Part shown: positions 62,874 to 64,000 of the stretch, in pieces | How the letters are laid out: each line of letters opens with the position of its first letter | Position numbering within the stretch: position 1 is the stretch's first letter | Source: Octopus sinensis | Taxonomy: Eukaryota | Reading direction: 5' to 3' | DNA length: 64,000 bases | Assembly (NCBI RefSeq): GCF_006345805.1 | Contig: NC_043004.1 | Span: forward strand, 4,526,001 to 4,590,000 | The notes under the pieces: model-generated | The model's database searches: none | Told to the model about the DNA's origin: nothing | What the model saw: the letters and a program-made list of their open reading frames with translations, nothing else | Position numbers and translations under genes: made by a program

Positions 62874-63560
62874 TAATGGTATTTTTATATAAGCTTAAAG
62901 CTTATGGTGATTACCGTGCAATGACAAGGGAAAATAGTCTAATAAAGGGGCATATAAGCCCTCGACAGAAAAAAGAAGGCTTTCCTATCTGCATGGGAGT
63001 TGAATCCACACTCCTTTGTTAACGTAACTAAATGTGTTACCTTTACACCAGCGACTCAGCCTCCCTTTTCCTGTCAAATTTTATAATGGTATTTTTATAT
63101 AAGCGTAAAGCTTATGGTGATCACTGTGCAAAGGCTTTCCTATCCGTCTGGGAGTCAAACCCATATCCCTTTGTTAATGCGACTAAGCATGTTACCTTTA
63201 CACCAGTGAATCGATTTAAGCATATATAAAAATGCCATTTTTATTATTTACAGGATTGTAAAAATGGTGCCGTATAAAAAACCATTTGTACTGAAAGCAT
63301 ATAGAAAGTTTATTTACATATAAAAAAAAACAAACAAGCTATCATAGTTCTTAAATTTGGCAAGCAAAGGGAAACTGATTTGCTGGTGTAAAGGTAACAC
63401 ACTTAGTTGCATTAACAAAGGGATGCAAGTTCGACTCCCATACTGATAGGAAAGCCTTCTTTTTTCTTTGAGTGCTTATATGCCCCTATATTAGACTATT
63501 TTCCTTAGTCATTGCATGGTGATCGCCATAATCTTTAAGCTTATATAAAAATACCATTAT
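62874..63560. mobile_element. Cluster of three copies of a tRNA-like SINE: two direct (62874-63052, 63083-63206), one inverted (63382-63560)
   Basis: The head GCTGGTGTAAAGGTAACAC...GTTCGACTCCCA has A- and B-box-like motifs. All three share the tail AAGCTTATATAAAAATACCATTAT or a near match. Confidence 0.8.
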
Positions 63561-64000
63561 TATTATTTGTTTGCTCCTTCTCAAGCCATGCCTGGCTCAT
63601 AGGGCTGGTTTCCCGGTTTCCTTGACATATAGGTTCCCCACCTGGATGGGACGCTGGTCTGTTGCAGGTGAGCTGCAAGATGCAGCAGGAAAGAGTGAGA
63701 GAAAGTTGTGGTGAAAGAGTCAGCAGAAGTTCACCAAAGCTACATGGAGCTTAGGTGTTTTGCTCATAAACACACACATCACCCGATCTGAAATTTGAAC
63801 CTGTGATCCCTCGATATTCCAACTCTTGGAAGCTGTAGAGTCACCTGAGCATACAAGATGAGCGTTATTTGTAATTCAATGGTACAACACTGTAAAAGTT
63901 TGCTTTCATATATACTTAGATTGTAATTTCTGCAATATGGTGCATAAATTGTCAAGTAAAGGAGAGACATCTTTGCCTCCACTGATTCAGTTGCAAAGTG

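Overview
AT-rich animal genomic DNA, not prokaryotic. From recalled similarity of the repeat families, I infer a cephalopod, probably Octopus; no search was run. The window is dominated by microsatellites ((TA)n, (CA)n, (TACA)n, (CAT)n, (TAA)n), several tRNA-derived SINE families, many 5'-truncated copies of an RTE-type LINE 3' end, decayed mariner/Tc1 elements and MITEs, piggyBac-like and Helitron/DINE-like MITEs, and CR1, RTE, RLE-type and Penelope-like (PLE) retroelement remnants. No protein-coding gene could be named. A CpG-containing zone at about 17.0-20.4 kb has a cluster of minus-strand splice donors. Just downstream, a two-exon minus-strand ORF (16335-15887) could encode a 121-123 aa protein beginning MGCLCS. 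The most striking pattern is a set of type I hammerhead-ribozyme (HHR) motifs from several unrelated sequence families. Five occur as divergent inverted pairs (two of these only as remnants) that form long hairpins, and two or three of those pairs are bounded by 11-15 bp target-site duplications, so the palindromic cassette appears to have inserted as a unit. Nearly all ORFs in the supplied track are microsatellite or repeat artefacts.
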